The position numbers were made by a program, and so were the translations under genes. Of a DNA stretch of 48,583 nucleotides, positions 30,205 to 41,850 are shown piece after piece (the stretch's first letter is position 1; the number at the start of each line of letters is the position of its first letter). Source of the stretch: Alcaligenaceae bacterium (lineage in GTDB: Bacteria; Pseudomonadota; Gammaproteobacteria; Burkholderiales; Burkholderiaceae_B); the NCBI GenBank assembly GCA_012735395.1, contig JAAYHN010000280.1, positions 1 through 48,583 on the forward strand, given 5' to 3'. A model generated the notes under the pieces. It had not been told where the DNA came from and made no database searches. It saw only the letters and a list, made by a program, of their open reading frames with translations.

Positions 30205-31250
30205 TGTTTAAGGCGCAGCGCATCAAGCTGCGCCAATATTTCCGCGTCCAGTGTAAGCTGCATGGCCCTGATGTTTTCATCCAATTGTTCAAGTGTACGT
30301 ACCCCGATAATGGTACTGCCCACCTGCCATTTGGTATTGCAAAACCCCAGTGCCAGCTCTACCGGACTTAGTCCTGCATTCCTGGCCAGGGCATTATATT
30401 CCCTGGCTGCCTCCAGGCTGGCCGCTCTTCCCCAGCGCTGCTTCTGGACCGACTCAAACTTGGTAATGCGGGCTTCGGCCGGTGCCCCCGGGCCAGTGAT
30501 GCCACTATGGTCATATTTGCCGCTTAACAGGCCGTAACCCAATGGTGAATAAGCCAGCAAAGTCACATCATGCTGGAAACACATTTCATCAAGCCCGTTT
30601 TCATAAGAGCGATGCAATAAACAGTACGGGTTCTGGATACTTGCCACGCGTGGCAAACCGGCCTGTTCTGCCAGCCGGATAAATTCGGACACCCCATAAG
30701 GCGTTTCATTGGACAAGCCAATATGGCGTACCTTGCCGTCTTTCACCAGTTTTTCAAGTGCCTTCAGCTGCTCTTCAATACTGGTGGATGGGTTGCGTTT
30801 TTTTTCGGGGTTGAAATAACGGACCCCAAAAGCCGGTACGTGACGCTCCGGCCAGTGAATCTGGTAAAGATCGATATAGTCGGTTTGCAGGCGTTTCAGG
30901 CTGCCTTCGCATGAGGCAATAATATCTTGCGCCGTCAGGCCGCTGCCCTCGCGAATCCAGGGCGTACCCCTTGAAGGCCCGGCCACCTTGGTGGCCAGAA
31001 CAAGCTGCTCACGCTGCCCCGGATTTTTATTAAACCAGTTGCCAATAATGGTTTCAGTGGCACCATAGGTTTCCTTGCGGGTAGGCACCGAATACATCTC
31101 GGCCGTGTCAAGAAAGTTAATGCCCTGCCCTATCGCCCTGTCAAGAATAAGAAATGCAGTTTCCTCATTGACCTGTTCACCGAATGTCATGGTTCCCAAA
31201 CAAACATCGCTTACCAGTAAATCACTCTTGCCCAGCTGAATTTTCTGCAT
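30186..31250 (-). CDS. tas: Aldo/keto reductase (Tas-like)
   Basis: [34 protein letters not shown] and GLSNET. Confidence 0.88.
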   Translation of the reverse strand: MQKIQLGKSDLLVSDVCLGTMTFGEQVNEETAFLILDRAIGQGINFLDTAEMYSVPTRKETYGATETIIGNWFNKNPGQREQLVLATKVAGPSRGTPWIREGSGLTAQDIIASCEGSLKRLQTDYIDLYQIHWPERHVPAFGVRYFNPEKKRNPSTSIEEQLKALEKLVKDGKVRHIGLSNETPYGVSEFIRLAEQAGLPRVASIQNPYCLLHRSYENGLDEMCFQHDVTLLAYSPLGYGLLSGKYDHSGITGPGAPAEARITKFESVQKQRWGRAASLEAAREYNALARNAGLSPVELALGFCNTKWQVGSTIIGVRTLEQLDENIRAMQLTLDAEILAQLDALRLKHYDPAQ

Positions 31251-31296
31251 TTCTTTTATTCCTTTAAGTTTTAATTAAATAGGGTTGAACGGATTA

Positions 31297-32283
31297 TCAA
31301 TCCAGTGTCAGTACGGTTGCGCCCGTTGTTTTGCGTGATGCCAGGGCAATATGCGCCTCGGCCACATCTTCCAGCGGATAACGCTGGTCTATCTGGACAC
31401 GGATTTTCTTGCTGGTAATCATGCCAAACAATTCATCTGCCGCAGCCTGCATTTTTTCCAGGGTAGGCACATGGGTACCCAGGGTTGGACGGGTCACAAA
31501 CAGAGAACCTTTTGCCGCAAGCACACCGAGATTGACACCGGTTACCGGACCGGAAGCATTGCCATAACTGACCATCAGGCCACGTGGCTGCAGGCAATCA
31601 AGGGAAATTTCCCAAGTATCCTTGCCAACACCATCATAAACAACCGGTACTTTTTTGCCATTAGTTAAGGCCAGCACGCGTTCAACCACGTTTTCGCGGG
31701 TGTAATCAATGGTTGCCCAGGCACCGTGCGCCATTGCCGTATCCGCTTTTTCGGGGCTGGAAACGGTACCAATCAGTTTTACCCCAAGCGCCTTGGCCCA
31801 TTGACATGCGATCAGGCCAACCCCGCCCGCCGCGGCATGCAGCAAAACGGTTTCATTACCCTGCAGGCAATAGGTTTGCCTGAAAAGGTATTGCACGGTC
31901 AAGCCTTTAAGCATGACTGCCGCCGCTTCTTCAAAAGAAATGCCTTTGGGCAGTTTCACTACCTGATGCCCGGGAACATTGCGTACTTCAGCATAGGCCC
32001 CTAACGGGCTCTGTCCATACGCAACCCTATCCCCTACTTGCAAATGCGTTACTTTTTTACCTACCGCTTCTACCACACCTGCCCCTTCAAAGCCCAAACC
32101 ATGCGGTAAAGGGCTGGCATACAAACCTGTACGGTAATAGATGTCAATAAAATTAAGTCCGATGGCTTTCTGGCGGATTTGCACCTCGTTGTCGGCTGGT
32201 TCAGGAACGTCCACTACTTTCAGCTTCATCACTTCCGGACCACCATGTGTCTCAATTAATATATTTCTTGATGTAATAGCCAC
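31297..32283 (-). CDS. qor: NADPH:quinone oxidoreductase (zeta-crystallin family)
   Basis: GLNFIDIYYRTGLY, HAAAGGVGLIACQWAK and GSLFVTRPTL. GTG at 32283 follows GGAG. Confidence 0.92.
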   Translation of the reverse strand: MAITSRNILIETHGGPEVMKLKVVDVPEPADNEVQIRQKAIGLNFIDIYYRTGLYASPLPHGLGFEGAGVVEAVGKKVTHLQVGDRVAYGQSPLGAYAEVRNVPGHQVVKLPKGISFEEAAAVMLKGLTVQYLFRQTYCLQGNETVLLHAAAGGVGLIACQWAKALGVKLIGTVSSPEKADTAMAHGAWATIDYTRENVVERVLALTNGKKVPVVYDGVGKDTWEISLDCLQPRGLMVSYGNASGPVTGVNLGVLAAKGSLFVTRPTLGTHVPTLEKMQAAADELFGMITSKKIRVQIDQRYPLEDVAEAHIALASRKTTGATVLTLD

Positions 32284-32390
32284 GCTTGACTCCAATAGGT
32301 AAAATTTAAAAAAACTTATTAATGATTATGGGTATTAAATGCAATAATTCAATTTATATCAACTATGATTAATAAAAACAACAGTATATT

Positions 32391-32418
32391 TTTACAATAT
32401 CTGACTAAGCAGTAAAAT
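32391..32418 (+). promoter_or_regulatory. marR promoter with a dyad operator in the spacer
   Basis: TTTACA, 16 bp, TAAAAT. The spacer holds the imperfect palindrome CTGACTAAGCAG, and ATG follows 6 nt after the -10. Confidence 0.55.
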
Positions 32419-32424
32419 AGTGCC

Positions 32425-32976
32425 ATGAACACCCAAAATACCCACCCTGCGACATCCGGTAACGCTGATGTTATCTACCAGCCCAACACGCTTCCCCGTG
32501 GGCAAGATAACATCAGTTACCTTATCAGGCTCACACATTTTTCTTTTCATAAAATGATAGAGAAAAAAATGGAGCCATTAGGTTTGACGGCAACGCAGTG
32601 GCACCCCATTGCCATCATTGGCTTCTGCAAGGCAGACACACCGGCTTGTATCGCCCGTATTGCCGAGGTTGACACCGGTGCCATGACGCGCACCCTCGAC
32701 AGGCTTGAAAAAAAAGGGTTTCTGGTGCGCAAGCGCAGTGAGCAGGACCGTCGCGTCATTAAGCTGGAACTAACCGAAAAAGGCAAACAGGTCATGGAAA
32801 AACTGCTGCCCTCGGTTACCGAAGCAATGAACCATCACTTACAGGGTTTCAATAAAGAAGAAATTGAATTGCTGAAAAAATTGTTGATCCGCATGCTTCT
32901 CAATGCCGATCCCAATATTCTTGAGACCATACGGGAAAACGAGCGGCAGATAATAGAAACCACGCAAAACCCCTAA
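32425..32976 (+). CDS. MarR-family transcriptional regulator
   Basis: LGLTATQW, DTGAMTRTLDRLEKKG and RSEQDRRVIKLELTEKG. Confidence 0.93.
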   Translation: MNTQNTHPATSGNADVIYQPNTLPRGQDNISYLIRLTHFSFHKMIEKKMEPLGLTATQWHPIAIIGFCKADTPACIARIAEVDTGAMTRTLDRLEKKGFLVRKRSEQDRRVIKLELTEKGKQVMEKLLPSVTEAMNHHLQGFNKEEIELLKKLLIRMLLNADPNILETIRENERQIIETTQNP

Positions 32977-32990
32977 GCTTTTCAAGCAAT

Positions 32991-33028
32991 AAAAAACGGA
33001 CTTCCCGATAAAAGGAGTCCGTTTTTTT
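32991..33028. terminator. Bidirectional intrinsic terminator
   Basis: AAAAAACGGACTTCC...GGAGTCCGTTTTTTT between convergent genes. Confidence 0.85.
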
Positions 33029-33067
33029 ATAAGGTTCGCCCACAATAACACCCTGGGCAACAGTTCC

Positions 33068-34549
33068 TTACTTCTTGCCTATCAAAGATCCCAATACCCC
33101 CCGGATCAACTGCCTGGCCGTATTTCTTACCATGCTTTTGGCAACCTGTTGAACCACACCATCCCTGCGACCGCCACGAGGGCCGGTGGAGCCAATCATC
33201 ATATCTTTGACTGCACCCCAGATACCATCATCAACCGGTTGCGCCTTGGCGGCTTCTTCGGCATTTTTCTGTTCAGCCCTTTTGCTTAACACCTCAAAGG
33301 CCGACTCCCGGTTAATAGGCGTATCATATTTACCCGTGAACAGGGATTGGTTACGGATAAGCTGCAGCTCTGCCTCGGTGGCGGGCCCCATCCGGCTGGC
33401 CGGCGGCAAAATCCAGGCGCGCTGCGTGACATTGGGGCTCCCTTTGGCATCAAGACAGGAAACCAGCGCCTCGCCAACACCCAGCTCGGTAATGTCCCGG
33501 GCAATATTCAAGTCGGGATTGGGCCGCATGGTATCGGCAGCGGTTTTTACCGCTTTCTGGTCACGCGGGGTAAACGCACGCAAAGCGTGCTGGATCCGGT
33601 TACCCAATTGCCCCAGTACCGAATCGGGGATATCTGCCGGGTTCTGGGTCACGAAATAAACCCCCACCCCCTTGGAACGCACGAGACGTACAATCTGTTC
33701 AATTTTTTCCAGCAAGATGGCCGGTGCATCGTCAAACAGCAAATGGGCTTCATCAAAAAAGAATACAAACTTGGGTTGATCCGGATCCCCTATTTCGGGC
33801 AGGGATTCATAAATTTCCGCCAGCAGCCACAGCAGGAAAACCGCATACAGCTTAGGCGACTGCATCAGCCTGTCGGCCGCCAGTACATTAACCACCCCCT
33901 GGCCCTGTGCATTACAGCGGATCAGGTCATGGATGTCCAGCATGGGCTCACCAAAAAACCGGTCGGCCCCCTGTGTTTCCAGTTGCAGCAAGGCACGCTG
34001 GATGGCCCCCACCGAAGCCGATGAGATATTGCCATAAACCGGCCTTAATTCGGCTGCCCTTTCATTCACGTTTTGCAGCATGGCACGCAAGTCTGGCATG
34101 TCCAGTAAAAGGTGACCTTCATCATCGGCCACTTTAAACACCAGATTAAGAATACCGGTTTGGGTATCATTCAGGTTGAGCATGCGCGACAGCAGCAACG
34201 GGCCCATATCGGATATGGTTGCCCGTATGGGGTGCCCCTTCTGGCCAAAAACATCCCACAGAACCGTTGGGCACCCACCCCATTGCGGTAACGGCAAACC
34301 GTTTTTTTCCAGACGTTCCAGCAATTTGGGCGACTCAATGCCGGTTTGTGAAATACCGGTTAAATCACCTTTGACATCGGCCATGAACACAGGCGTACCC
34401 AAACGGGAAAAAGCCTGGGCCAATACCTGTAAGGTCACGGTTTTACCGGTTCCGGTCGCGCCGGTTATACAGCCATGTCGATTCGCCAGTTTGGGCAAAA
34501 GAAAAACATCTGTCTTTGCATTTTTAGCTATCAGAATAGGCTCAGCCAT
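33068..34549 (-). CDS. DUF853/YjgR HerA-like P-loop ATPase
   Basis: [40 protein letters not shown] and [15 protein letters not shown]. Confidence 0.92.
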   Translation of the reverse strand: MAEPILIAKNAKTDVFLLPKLANRHGCITGATGTGKTVTLQVLAQAFSRLGTPVFMADVKGDLTGISQTGIESPKLLERLEKNGLPLPQWGGCPTVLWDVFGQKGHPIRATISDMGPLLLSRMLNLNDTQTGILNLVFKVADDEGHLLLDMPDLRAMLQNVNERAAELRPVYGNISSASVGAIQRALLQLETQGADRFFGEPMLDIHDLIRCNAQGQGVVNVLAADRLMQSPKLYAVFLLWLLAEIYESLPEIGDPDQPKFVFFFDEAHLLFDDAPAILLEKIEQIVRLVRSKGVGVYFVTQNPADIPDSVLGQLGNRIQHALRAFTPRDQKAVKTAADTMRPNPDLNIARDITELGVGEALVSCLDAKGSPNVTQRAWILPPASRMGPATEAELQLIRNQSLFTGKYDTPINRESAFEVLSKRAEQKNAEEAAKAQPVDDGIWGAVKDMMIGSTGPRGGRRDGVVQQVAKSMVRNTARQLIRGVLGSLIGKK

Positions 34550-34664
34550 AAATAAACCTTTATTTAATATCAAAACATTGGAAAATCTAGTCGTATTCTA
34601 TAAAAGTTTGTCGCTCTCGGGTAAAATCTTTTATTTAATTAACTTATCTTGGACAGTTATCAGT

Positions 34665-35399
34665 ATGGCCGGACACAGTAAATGGGCAAATATCCAGCAC
34701 CGAAAAGGTCGCCAGGATGCCAAACGTGGAAAAGTTTGGACAAAAATCATTCGTGAAATTACCGTTGCAGCACGCGCTGGCGGGGCTGACCCAGGAACCA
34801 ACCCCGCACTTCGTCTGGCATGGGACAAGGCCACCGCGGCCAACATGCCAAAAGACAATATCCAGCGTGCCATCACACGTGGCGCTGGCGGTGCCGATGG
34901 CACCAACTACGAATCCATCCGTTACGAAGGCTACGGTCTTGGCGGTGCCGCCATTATTATCGACTGTATGACCGATAACCGCGTGCGTACCGTTTCCGAT
35001 GTACGTCACGCCTTAACCAAACACGGTGGCAATCTTGGGCAAGACGGTTCAGTGGCATTCATGTTCCAGCATTGCGGGCAATTTATTTTTGCGCCAGGCA
35101 GCAGCGAAGAACAGATTATGGAAGTCGCCCTTGAGGCCGGCGCCGAAGATATTATTGTTGACGAAGAGCAAATGATTGAAGTCGTTTGCCCCCCCGAAGC
35201 CTATGCAGCGGTTCGTGACGCTTTTGAGGCCGCTGGCCTGAAGCCGGAAATGGAAGGCATTATCATGAAAGCCCTCAACGAAACCCAGCTCATCGGTGAC
35301 GATGCCGTCAAAATGCAAAAAATCCTTGACCAGCTCGAAAGCCTCGATGATGTACAGGAAGTCTATACAACCGCTGTTTTTGATGAAACAGAAGAATAA
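34665..35399 (+). CDS. yebC: YebC/PmpR family protein
   Basis: [23 protein letters not shown] and YEGYG. True start is ATG 34665. Confidence 0.96.
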   Translation: MAGHSKWANIQHRKGRQDAKRGKVWTKIIREITVAARAGGADPGTNPALRLAWDKATAANMPKDNIQRAITRGAGGADGTNYESIRYEGYGLGGAAIIIDCMTDNRVRTVSDVRHALTKHGGNLGQDGSVAFMFQHCGQFIFAPGSSEEQIMEVALEAGAEDIIVDEEQMIEVVCPPEAYAAVRDAFEAAGLKPEMEGIIMKALNETQLIGDDAVKMQKILDQLESLDDVQEVYTTAVFDETEE

Positions 35400-35413
35400 G
35401 CGAAATTGAAACA

Positions 35414-36691
35414 ATGAAAGTACTTGTTATTGGTAATGGCGGCCGTGAACACGCCATCGCATGGCGTATTGCCCAGTCTGAACGGGTCTCTGAAGTACTG
35501 GTGGCGCCCGGCAATGGCGGCACGGCACGTGATCCATTACTGAAAAACCTGCCAATTACCGACCTTAATGAATTGGCAAACTACGCAAAAAAAGAAGGCA
35601 TTGGCCTGACTGTCGTTGGCCCCGAAGCACCACTGGCCGCCGGCGTGGTAGATTTATTCCGCGCGCAGGGCCTGGCCGTATTCGGGCCCAGCAAAGCCGC
35701 TGCCCAGCTGGAAAGCTCCAAAGACTTTGCCAAAGCCTTCATGGTTCGCCACAATATCCCCACTTCAGCCTACGCCACGTTCACCGACCCCGAACAGGCG
35801 CATGCTTACATTAATGAACAGGGTGCCCCAATTGTCGTCAAGGCCGATGGCCTGGCTGCCGGCAAAGGGGTGGTGGTGGCCCAAACCGCCCAAGAGGCAC
35901 ACGATGCCATTGACGCCATGCTGGGTGACGGCAGCCTGGGTGCTGCCGGCGCAAGGGTGGTAATTGAAGGTTTCCTGGCCGGAGAAGAAGCCAGCTTCAT
36001 CGTCATGTGTGATGGTAAAAATGTTCTTCCCATGGCCACCAGCCAGGATCACAAACGCCAGCTCGACAACGACCAGGGCCCCAATACCGGTGGTATGGGT
36101 GCCTACTCGCCCGCCCCCATCGTATCAGACCGCCTGCATGACCGTATCATGCAGGAAGTCATTTACCCCACTATACAGGGCATGGAAAAAGATGGCATTA
36201 CCTATACCGGCTTCCTTTATGCCGGCCTCATGATTGGCGACGGCAACGACGATGAACGCAGCATTGGTGTGCTGGAATTCAACTGCCGCATGGGCGACCC
36301 CGAAACCCAACCCATCATGATGCGCATCAAAAGTGACTACTTCGACACCCTGCTCAAGGCTGCCGAAGGAAAACTGGACCAGGCCAGCATAGACTGGGAT
36401 CCACGCACTGCCCTGGGCGTGGTTTTGGCTTCCCATAATTACCCTGCGACCCCGCGCACCGGTGACGTCATTACCGGCATTCCGGCGGCACAAAAAGAAT
36501 GCGTGACATTCCATGCCGGTTCAACCCTGCAAGATGATCAACTGCTGACTTCTGGCGGACGGGTACTGTGTGTAACCGCACTGGGTGATACCGTCCAGCA
36601 AGCCCGTGAAACGGCCTACGCCACCGTTGCACAAATCAAGTTTGACGGGCAGCAATATCGTAGCGATATCGCCTGGAGGGCATTGAAATAA
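35414..36691 (+). CDS. purD: Phosphoribosylamine-glycine ligase
   Basis: [34 protein letters not shown] and [10 protein letters not shown]. Confidence 0.98.
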   Translation: MKVLVIGNGGREHAIAWRIAQSERVSEVLVAPGNGGTARDPLLKNLPITDLNELANYAKKEGIGLTVVGPEAPLAAGVVDLFRAQGLAVFGPSKAAAQLESSKDFAKAFMVRHNIPTSAYATFTDPEQAHAYINEQGAPIVVKADGLAAGKGVVVAQTAQEAHDAIDAMLGDGSLGAAGARVVIEGFLAGEEASFIVMCDGKNVLPMATSQDHKRQLDNDQGPNTGGMGAYSPAPIVSDRLHDRIMQEVIYPTIQGMEKDGITYTGFLYAGLMIGDGNDDERSIGVLEFNCRMGDPETQPIMMRIKSDYFDTLLKAAEGKLDQASIDWDPRTALGVVLASHNYPATPRTGDVITGIPAAQKECVTFHAGSTLQDDQLLTSGGRVLCVTALGDTVQQARETAYATVAQIKFDGQQYRSDIAWRALK

Positions 36692-37603
36692 ATGAAGAAC
36701 ATTCCGCTACATGATGTAAAACAGTATTTTCTCAGCCTGCAGGCCAATATCGTCAAGGTGCTTGAACAGGAAGACGGCATGCCGTTTTCCGAAGATGCCT
36801 GGACACGTCCCGAAGGGGGCGGTGGCCTGTCCCGTTTTATCGAGGAAGGCCGGCTTTTTGAACGCGCGGCGGTATTGTTCAGTCATGTAGCAGGTACCAA
36901 ACTGCCGCCATCCGCCAGTGCCCACAGGCCGGAACTGGCAGGCCGGGCCTGGGAAGCCATGGGGGTTTCGCTGGTATTGCATCCACGCAATCCCTATATC
37001 CCAACCACACACATGAATGTCAGGATGTTTGTGGCCAAAGCGGGCAACGACACCGAAGAAGACGTATTCTGGTTTGGCGGTGGCATGGATTTAACGCCTT
37101 ATTACCCCTACGCAGAAGATGCCCGTCATTTCCATCAAACCTGCTTTGATGCCTTAAAACCCTTTGGCGAAACACGCTACCAAGCGTACAAGGAATGGTG
37201 TGACCGTTACTTTTTCCTGAAACACCGCAATGAAACACGCGGTGTGGGCGGGGTGTTTTTTGACGACCTGAACGATCTGGGTTTCGAGCAGTCTTTTGCA
37301 CTGACCCAGTCAATTGGCAATGCATTTATTAACGCATACCTGCCCCTTGTGCAAAAACGCAAAACACAGGCTTACACCGAAAAAGAGCGTGACTTCCAGG
37401 CCTATCGGCGTGGTCGTTATGTTGAATTCAACCTGGTATGGGACAGGGGCACCCTGTTTGGCTTACAGTCGGGGGGACGCACGGAATCCATTCTGTTGTC
37501 CATGCCACCAACCGCCACCTGGCGCTATAACTGGGCACCTGAACCCGGCTCTGCCGAAGCGGAACTTTACGAATTCCTGACCCCCAGAAACTGGCTCTCA
37601 TGA
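36692..37603 (+). CDS. hemF: Oxygen-dependent coproporphyrinogen III oxidase
   Basis: [10 protein letters not shown] and [30 protein letters not shown]. Confidence 0.98.
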   Translation: MKNIPLHDVKQYFLSLQANIVKVLEQEDGMPFSEDAWTRPEGGGGLSRFIEEGRLFERAAVLFSHVAGTKLPPSASAHRPELAGRAWEAMGVSLVLHPRNPYIPTTHMNVRMFVAKAGNDTEEDVFWFGGGMDLTPYYPYAEDARHFHQTCFDALKPFGETRYQAYKEWCDRYFFLKHRNETRGVGGVFFDDLNDLGFEQSFALTQSIGNAFINAYLPLVQKRKTQAYTEKERDFQAYRRGRYVEFNLVWDRGTLFGLQSGGRTESILLSMPPTATWRYNWAPEPGSAEAELYEFLTPRNWLS

Positions 37604-38187
37604 AAAAAATCGGACTGCTTGGTGGCAGCTTCAACCCTGTTCATAACGCCCACCTGGCTTTGGCAAAAACAGCGTTAAAAGAGCTGGGACTCAATGAGGT
37701 CCAGCTTATTCCTGCCGGTAACCCATGGCAAAAACAGCCATTGGCAGTCAGTGGGCAGCAGCGCATGGAAATGCTGGCACTGGCTATTGCCAACTGCCCT
37801 GGCATTACCGTCAATGATATTGAAATTAACCGTGAAGGCGCAACCTATACCATTAAAACCCTGAAGGCACTTCCCAAAAACGCCCGCTATTACTGGCTTT
37901 TGGGTACCGACCAGTTAATCAACTTCTGCAGCTGGCATGATTGGGAAGAAATTCTTGATTACGTTACGCTGGTTGTGGCGCAAAGAAATGGCTATGCCGG
38001 CACGGTACCGGCAGAACTTGCCGCAAAACTGCAACAAAAAGGCCAAAAACTGATTACACTATCGTTTGATGCCATCGACATCTCATCAACCGACATCCGC
38101 CAGCGTATTGCCAACCACCACGATGTCAGTAAACTTCTACCCTTAGCGGTACTAGACTACATCCGGCAACACGAACTTTATATTTAA
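37600..38187 (+). CDS. nadD: Nicotinate-nucleotide adenylyltransferase
   Basis: [11 protein letters not shown] and ISSTDIR. Confidence 0.96.
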   Translation: MKKIGLLGGSFNPVHNAHLALAKTALKELGLNEVQLIPAGNPWQKQPLAVSGQQRMEMLALAIANCPGITVNDIEINREGATYTIKTLKALPKNARYYWLLGTDQLINFCSWHDWEEILDYVTLVVAQRNGYAGTVPAELAAKLQQKGQKLITLSFDAIDISSTDIRQRIANHHDVSKLLPLAVLDYIRQHELYI

Positions 38188-38217
38188 ATTACCCGAATTT
38201 TTTAAAACAGAACCATT

Positions 38218-38622
38218 ATGGATATACAAAAACTGCAACGCCTGGTTATTGACGCACTTGAAGATGTCAAGGCACAGGATATCAAGGTCTTCAACACCAG
38301 CCACCTCACCAGCCTGTTTGACCGTGTGATTATTGCCAGCGGCACATCAAACCGCCAGACCCGCGCACTCGCACACAGCGTGGTAGATGCGGTTCGCAAG
38401 CACAAAATCGAGATTATCGCACACGAAGGCCAGGATACCGGTGAATGGGTTTTACTGGATATCGGTGACATTGTCATTCATTGCATGCAACCGGCCATCC
38501 GTCAATACTACAATCTTGAAGCCGTCTGGGGTGACAAACCGGTTCGTGTCAAATTACTGCCGCAATCCACCCAGGTTCCCCCTGCCGTTTCGCCCGACCA
38601 GGCATACGACCCCAATTTCTGA
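38218..38622 (+). CDS. rsfS: Ribosome silencing factor
   Basis: ALEDVKAQDI, WVLLDIGDIVIH and RQYYNLE. Confidence 0.96.
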   Translation: MDIQKLQRLVIDALEDVKAQDIKVFNTSHLTSLFDRVIIASGTSNRQTRALAHSVVDAVRKHKIEIIAHEGQDTGEWVLLDIGDIVIHCMQPAIRQYYNLEAVWGDKPVRVKLLPQSTQVPPAVSPDQAYDPNF

Positions 38623-38631
38623 CCCTAAACA

Positions 38632-39102
38632 ATGAGGTTAATTATTATTGCCGTTGGCACCAGAATGCCTGCCTGGGTTGAAACCGCCTGGAATGATTAT
38701 GCCAAACGCATGCCGGCAGACTGTGCCATCGAACTGAAAGAAATCAAGCCCGAACCGCGCACCAGCGGAAAAACCCCCGCACAAATGATGCAGGCCGAAG
38801 CCAAACGGATTGAAGCGGCCATCCCGGCAAATACATTACGCATTGCACTTGATGAACATGGCAAAGATTTAACAACCATGAACCTGTCCACCCGACTTGA
38901 ACAATGGCGCGGCAATGGGCAGGATGTCATATTCCTGATTGGCGGCCCCGATGGCCTTGACCCTGATTTGAAAAAAAGCTGTGCGGGCATGATTCGTCTT
39001 TCTTCATTAACATTGCCCCACCCGATGGTACGCATTGTTCTGGCCGAACAGCTTTACCGGGCCTGGGCTATTCTGGTAAACCACCCCTACCACAGGGCCT
39101 GA
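38632..39102 (+). CDS. rlmH: 23S rRNA pseudouridine-1915 methyltransferase
   Basis: IGGPDGL and [18 protein letters not shown]...HPYHR. Confidence 0.97.
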   Translation: MRLIIIAVGTRMPAWVETAWNDYAKRMPADCAIELKEIKPEPRTSGKTPAQMMQAEAKRIEAAIPANTLRIALDEHGKDLTTMNLSTRLEQWRGNGQDVIFLIGGPDGLDPDLKKSCAGMIRLSSLTLPHPMVRIVLAEQLYRAWAILVNHPYHRA

Positions 39103-39131
39103 ATATTATTTTCCCAAACAAATAAGTCAAC

Positions 39132-39743
39132 ATGCCACCCGGAATTCCCTCTTCCATTTACCTTGCTTCCGCAAGCCCCCGCCGTCACGAACTTTTGCTG
39201 CAAATTGGCGTAAACCATGAAGTTCTGAAAGTACCGGCGCCACCCGGTGAAGATGAACCCCGGCATCCGGGAGAAGCGGCCCATGTCTATGTCCAGCGCA
39301 CCGCCATGGATAAAGCGGTTCAGGCCGTCCAATACATAAAAACCCGCTCCCTACCCGAAAAGATGGTGCTGGCGGCGGATACCTGTGTCATCCTGGACGG
39401 GCAGGTGTTGGGCAAACCGCTCAATGATAGCGATACCGCCAGGATACTGGGTTTATTATCGGGTACCGTGCATGAAGTGCATACCGCCGTGGTGCTTGCC
39501 TGGCAAGGAAAATACTTTACGGATGTTTCCATTACACAGGTACGCATGAAAACACTAAGTGCAGGGGAAATTGACTGGTATTGTGAATCAGGTGAGGCCA
39601 ATGGCAAGGCGGGTGCCTATGGGATACAGGGGCTGGCTTCCGTATTTATTGAACATATTTCAGGCAGTTATAGCGGTGTGATGGGACTGCCGCTATTTGA
39701 AACCAGCCGCTTATTACAACATGCCTACTCGGCATCCGCCTGA
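39132..39743 (+). CDS. maf: Maf-family nucleotide pyrophosphatase (YhdE type)
   Basis: LASASPRR, ADT, LGKP, KAGAYGIQG and VMGLPL. Confidence 0.95.
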   Translation: MPPGIPSSIYLASASPRRHELLLQIGVNHEVLKVPAPPGEDEPRHPGEAAHVYVQRTAMDKAVQAVQYIKTRSLPEKMVLAADTCVILDGQVLGKPLNDSDTARILGLLSGTVHEVHTAVVLAWQGKYFTDVSITQVRMKTLSAGEIDWYCESGEANGKAGAYGIQGLASVFIEHISGSYSGVMGLPLFETSRLLQHAYSASA

Positions 39744-40372
39744 TTGCCAGGTGCTGCCTTAATAAAAGCATCTTCCTTCTGGCAGGCGGCATCAATTCGC
39801 ACGATGGTTGGGTAAGGTGCCATATCGAGCTTGAAACGACGTGCATTGGCAACCTGGGGCACCAGACAGATATCGGCCAGCGTGGGCGTATCACCGTAGC
39901 AGAATTTACCTGTCAGGCTGGAGGAAGCGAGCATTTTTTCAAGGGAATCGAAGCCCTCGCGCACCCAGTGCAAATACCACTCGTTCTTGGCCTCATCGCT
40001 GACACCCAGGGTTTTGGTAAGGTACTTCAAGACACGTAAATTATTAAGGGGATGGATATCGCAGGCGATGAATTGCGCCAGTGAACGCACGCGGGCGCGG
40101 GCCGCATGGGTATCAGGCAACACTGAAAAAGTACCCGGATAGGCCTCTTCAAGATATTCAATAATGGCTATGGACTGCCCGATGCTGACATTGTCATCCA
40201 TGAAAGTGGGGACCAATGCCGTCGGATTCAGCTCACGGTAGGTCTGGCTTAATTGCTGGCCGCCATCTTTTAACAAATGAACCGGCACCGATTCAAACTC
40301 CAGCCCTTTCAGATTCAAGGCAATCCGGACACGATAAGCGGCGGAACTGCGAAAATAGCCATATAACTTCAT
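39725..40372 (-). CDS. maiA: Maleylacetoacetate/maleylpyruvate isomerase (GST zeta)
   Basis: YFRSSAAYRVRIALNLKG, IACDIHPLNNLRVL and ADICLVPQ. Confidence 0.95.
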   Translation of the reverse strand: MKLYGYFRSSAAYRVRIALNLKGLEFESVPVHLLKDGGQQLSQTYRELNPTALVPTFMDDNVSIGQSIAIIEYLEEAYPGTFSVLPDTHAARARVRSLAQFIACDIHPLNNLRVLKYLTKTLGVSDEAKNEWYLHWVREGFDSLEKMLASSSLTGKFCYGDTPTLADICLVPQVANARRFKLDMAPYPTIVRIDAACQKEDAFIKAAPGNQADAE

Positions 40373-40377
40373 TTTTT

Positions 40378-41328
40378 TTAATCTCCTGTTTTTTTACGTG
40401 ACAATTCTTTGGGTAAGGGGAAAGCAACATTTTCCTGTGCTCCCTGGATTTTTCTTACTGACAGGGCCCCCAGCTCCTTCAAACGGGTAATAACTTCCTG
40501 AACCAGTATTTCCGGCGCTGACGCCCCGGCCGTGATGCCGATATGCCGCGCATTTTCAAGCCATTCGGGTTTAAGTGCCTCGGCGCCGTCTATCAGGTAG
40601 GCCGGGCACCCCAGGCGCTCTGCGACTTCACGCAAACGGTTTGAATTTGAACTGTTGACGCTGCCAATCACAAAAAATACATCACAATCGGGTGCCATCA
40701 TTTTGACGGCATCCTGGCGGTTTTGTGTAGCATAGCAAATATCACTTTTCTTGGGTTCCACGATAGTGGGAAAACGCTTGCGCAAAGCGGCGGAAACCGT
40801 TGCCGCATCATCGACAGATAAAGTGGTTTGCGTTACAAACGCCAGGTTTTCGGGGTTTTCAACCTGAAGGGCTTCAACGTCTTCGGCGGTTTCCACCAAA
40901 TACATGCGGCCTTGCGCCTGACCCAGGGTCCCTTCCACTTCAGGATGGCCTTTATGCCCTATCATGATAATTTCATGGCCGGCCGCATGCATTTTGGCCA
41001 CTTCAATATGAACCTTGGTAACCAATGGACAGGTTGCGTCAAATATTTTCAGCTCCCGCTCCTGTGCTTCCTGGCGTACGGCTTTTGATACCCCGTGTGC
41101 GGAAAACACCACAATAGCCCCCGCCGGGGCTTCATGTAGCTCATCAATGAAAATGGCCCCCTGGTTACGCAGGCTTTCAACCACATAACGGTTATGCACG
41201 ATTTCATGCCTGACATAAATGGGTGCACCGTGCAATTCAATCGCACGGACAACGATATCGATAGCCCTGTCTACCCCGGCACAAAACCCTCTGGGATCAG
41301 CCAGAAGAATTTCCGAACCCGCCGCCAT
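40378..41328 (-). CDS. ispH: 4-hydroxy-3-methylbut-2-enyl diphosphate reductase
   Basis: [22 protein letters not shown] and ICYATQNRQ. Confidence 0.98.
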   Translation of the reverse strand: MAAGSEILLADPRGFCAGVDRAIDIVVRAIELHGAPIYVRHEIVHNRYVVESLRNQGAIFIDELHEAPAGAIVVFSAHGVSKAVRQEAQERELKIFDATCPLVTKVHIEVAKMHAAGHEIIMIGHKGHPEVEGTLGQAQGRMYLVETAEDVEALQVENPENLAFVTQTTLSVDDAATVSAALRKRFPTIVEPKKSDICYATQNRQDAVKMMAPDCDVFFVIGSVNSSNSNRLREVAERLGCPAYLIDGAEALKPEWLENARHIGITAGASAPEILVQEVITRLKELGALSVRKIQGAQENVAFPLPKELSRKKTGD

Positions 41329-41783
41329 TACAATACCCCTAACAATGAAACATCTACTTTAAGGTCAATGCCTGCCAGTGGATGGTTGAAGTCAAAAAGC
41401 GCCCATGTATCGCCCCATTCTTTGAAAATACCTGAATAGCGCCCACCATTGGGTGCAGTGAACTCAACCATATCACCGGTTTCAAAACTGGCGTCTTCAC
41501 CCGCATGCTGTGCCAGCATGGTTTTGGTAACCCGTTGCAAAAGCTCGGGATTACGCTCGCCATAAGCCTGTGCCGCGCTAAGCGTATAACTGAATTCGTC
41601 GCCTTCCTGCCTGCCAATCAGGGGTTCTTCCATGGCGGGCAGCCATTGGTTAGACCCCACTAACAAGGTGGCAGGATGCCCCGTAAACGTATCCATAAAC
41701 ACAGACCCGGCGCCAGGACCTGAAGCCAGCGTAATACGGTAATGCAATGTTAAATATGAGTTGGCGTGGACAATATGATTCAC
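41328..41783 (-). CDS. fkpB: FKBP-type peptidyl-prolyl isomerase (SlpA/FkpB)
   Basis: [15 protein letters not shown] and FDFNHPLAG. Likely GTG start at 41783. Confidence 0.9.
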   Translation of the reverse strand: MNHIVHANSYLTLHYRITLASGPGAGSVFMDTFTGHPATLLVGSNQWLPAMEEPLIGRQEGDEFSYTLSAAQAYGERNPELLQRVTKTMLAQHAGEDASFETGDMVEFTAPNGGRYSGIFKEWGDTWALFDFNHPLAGIDLKVDVSLLGVL

Positions 41784-41850
41784 TTTTCCTGACTTCCCGA
41801 TCAAAATCTGTCACCGTAATGGTGTGTGCAAAATTGCTATTTTAACTGTT

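Noticed and set aside
33068-34549. HerA-like ATPase as a possible anti-phage system
   Set aside because: It is the widespread DUF853/YjgR family in a housekeeping context, with no Sir2, NurA or nuclease partner.
34176-34664. Apparent 163-aa N-terminal extension on YebC
   Set aside because: It is the antisense shadow of the DUF853 gene. The canonical MAGHSKW start is at 34665.
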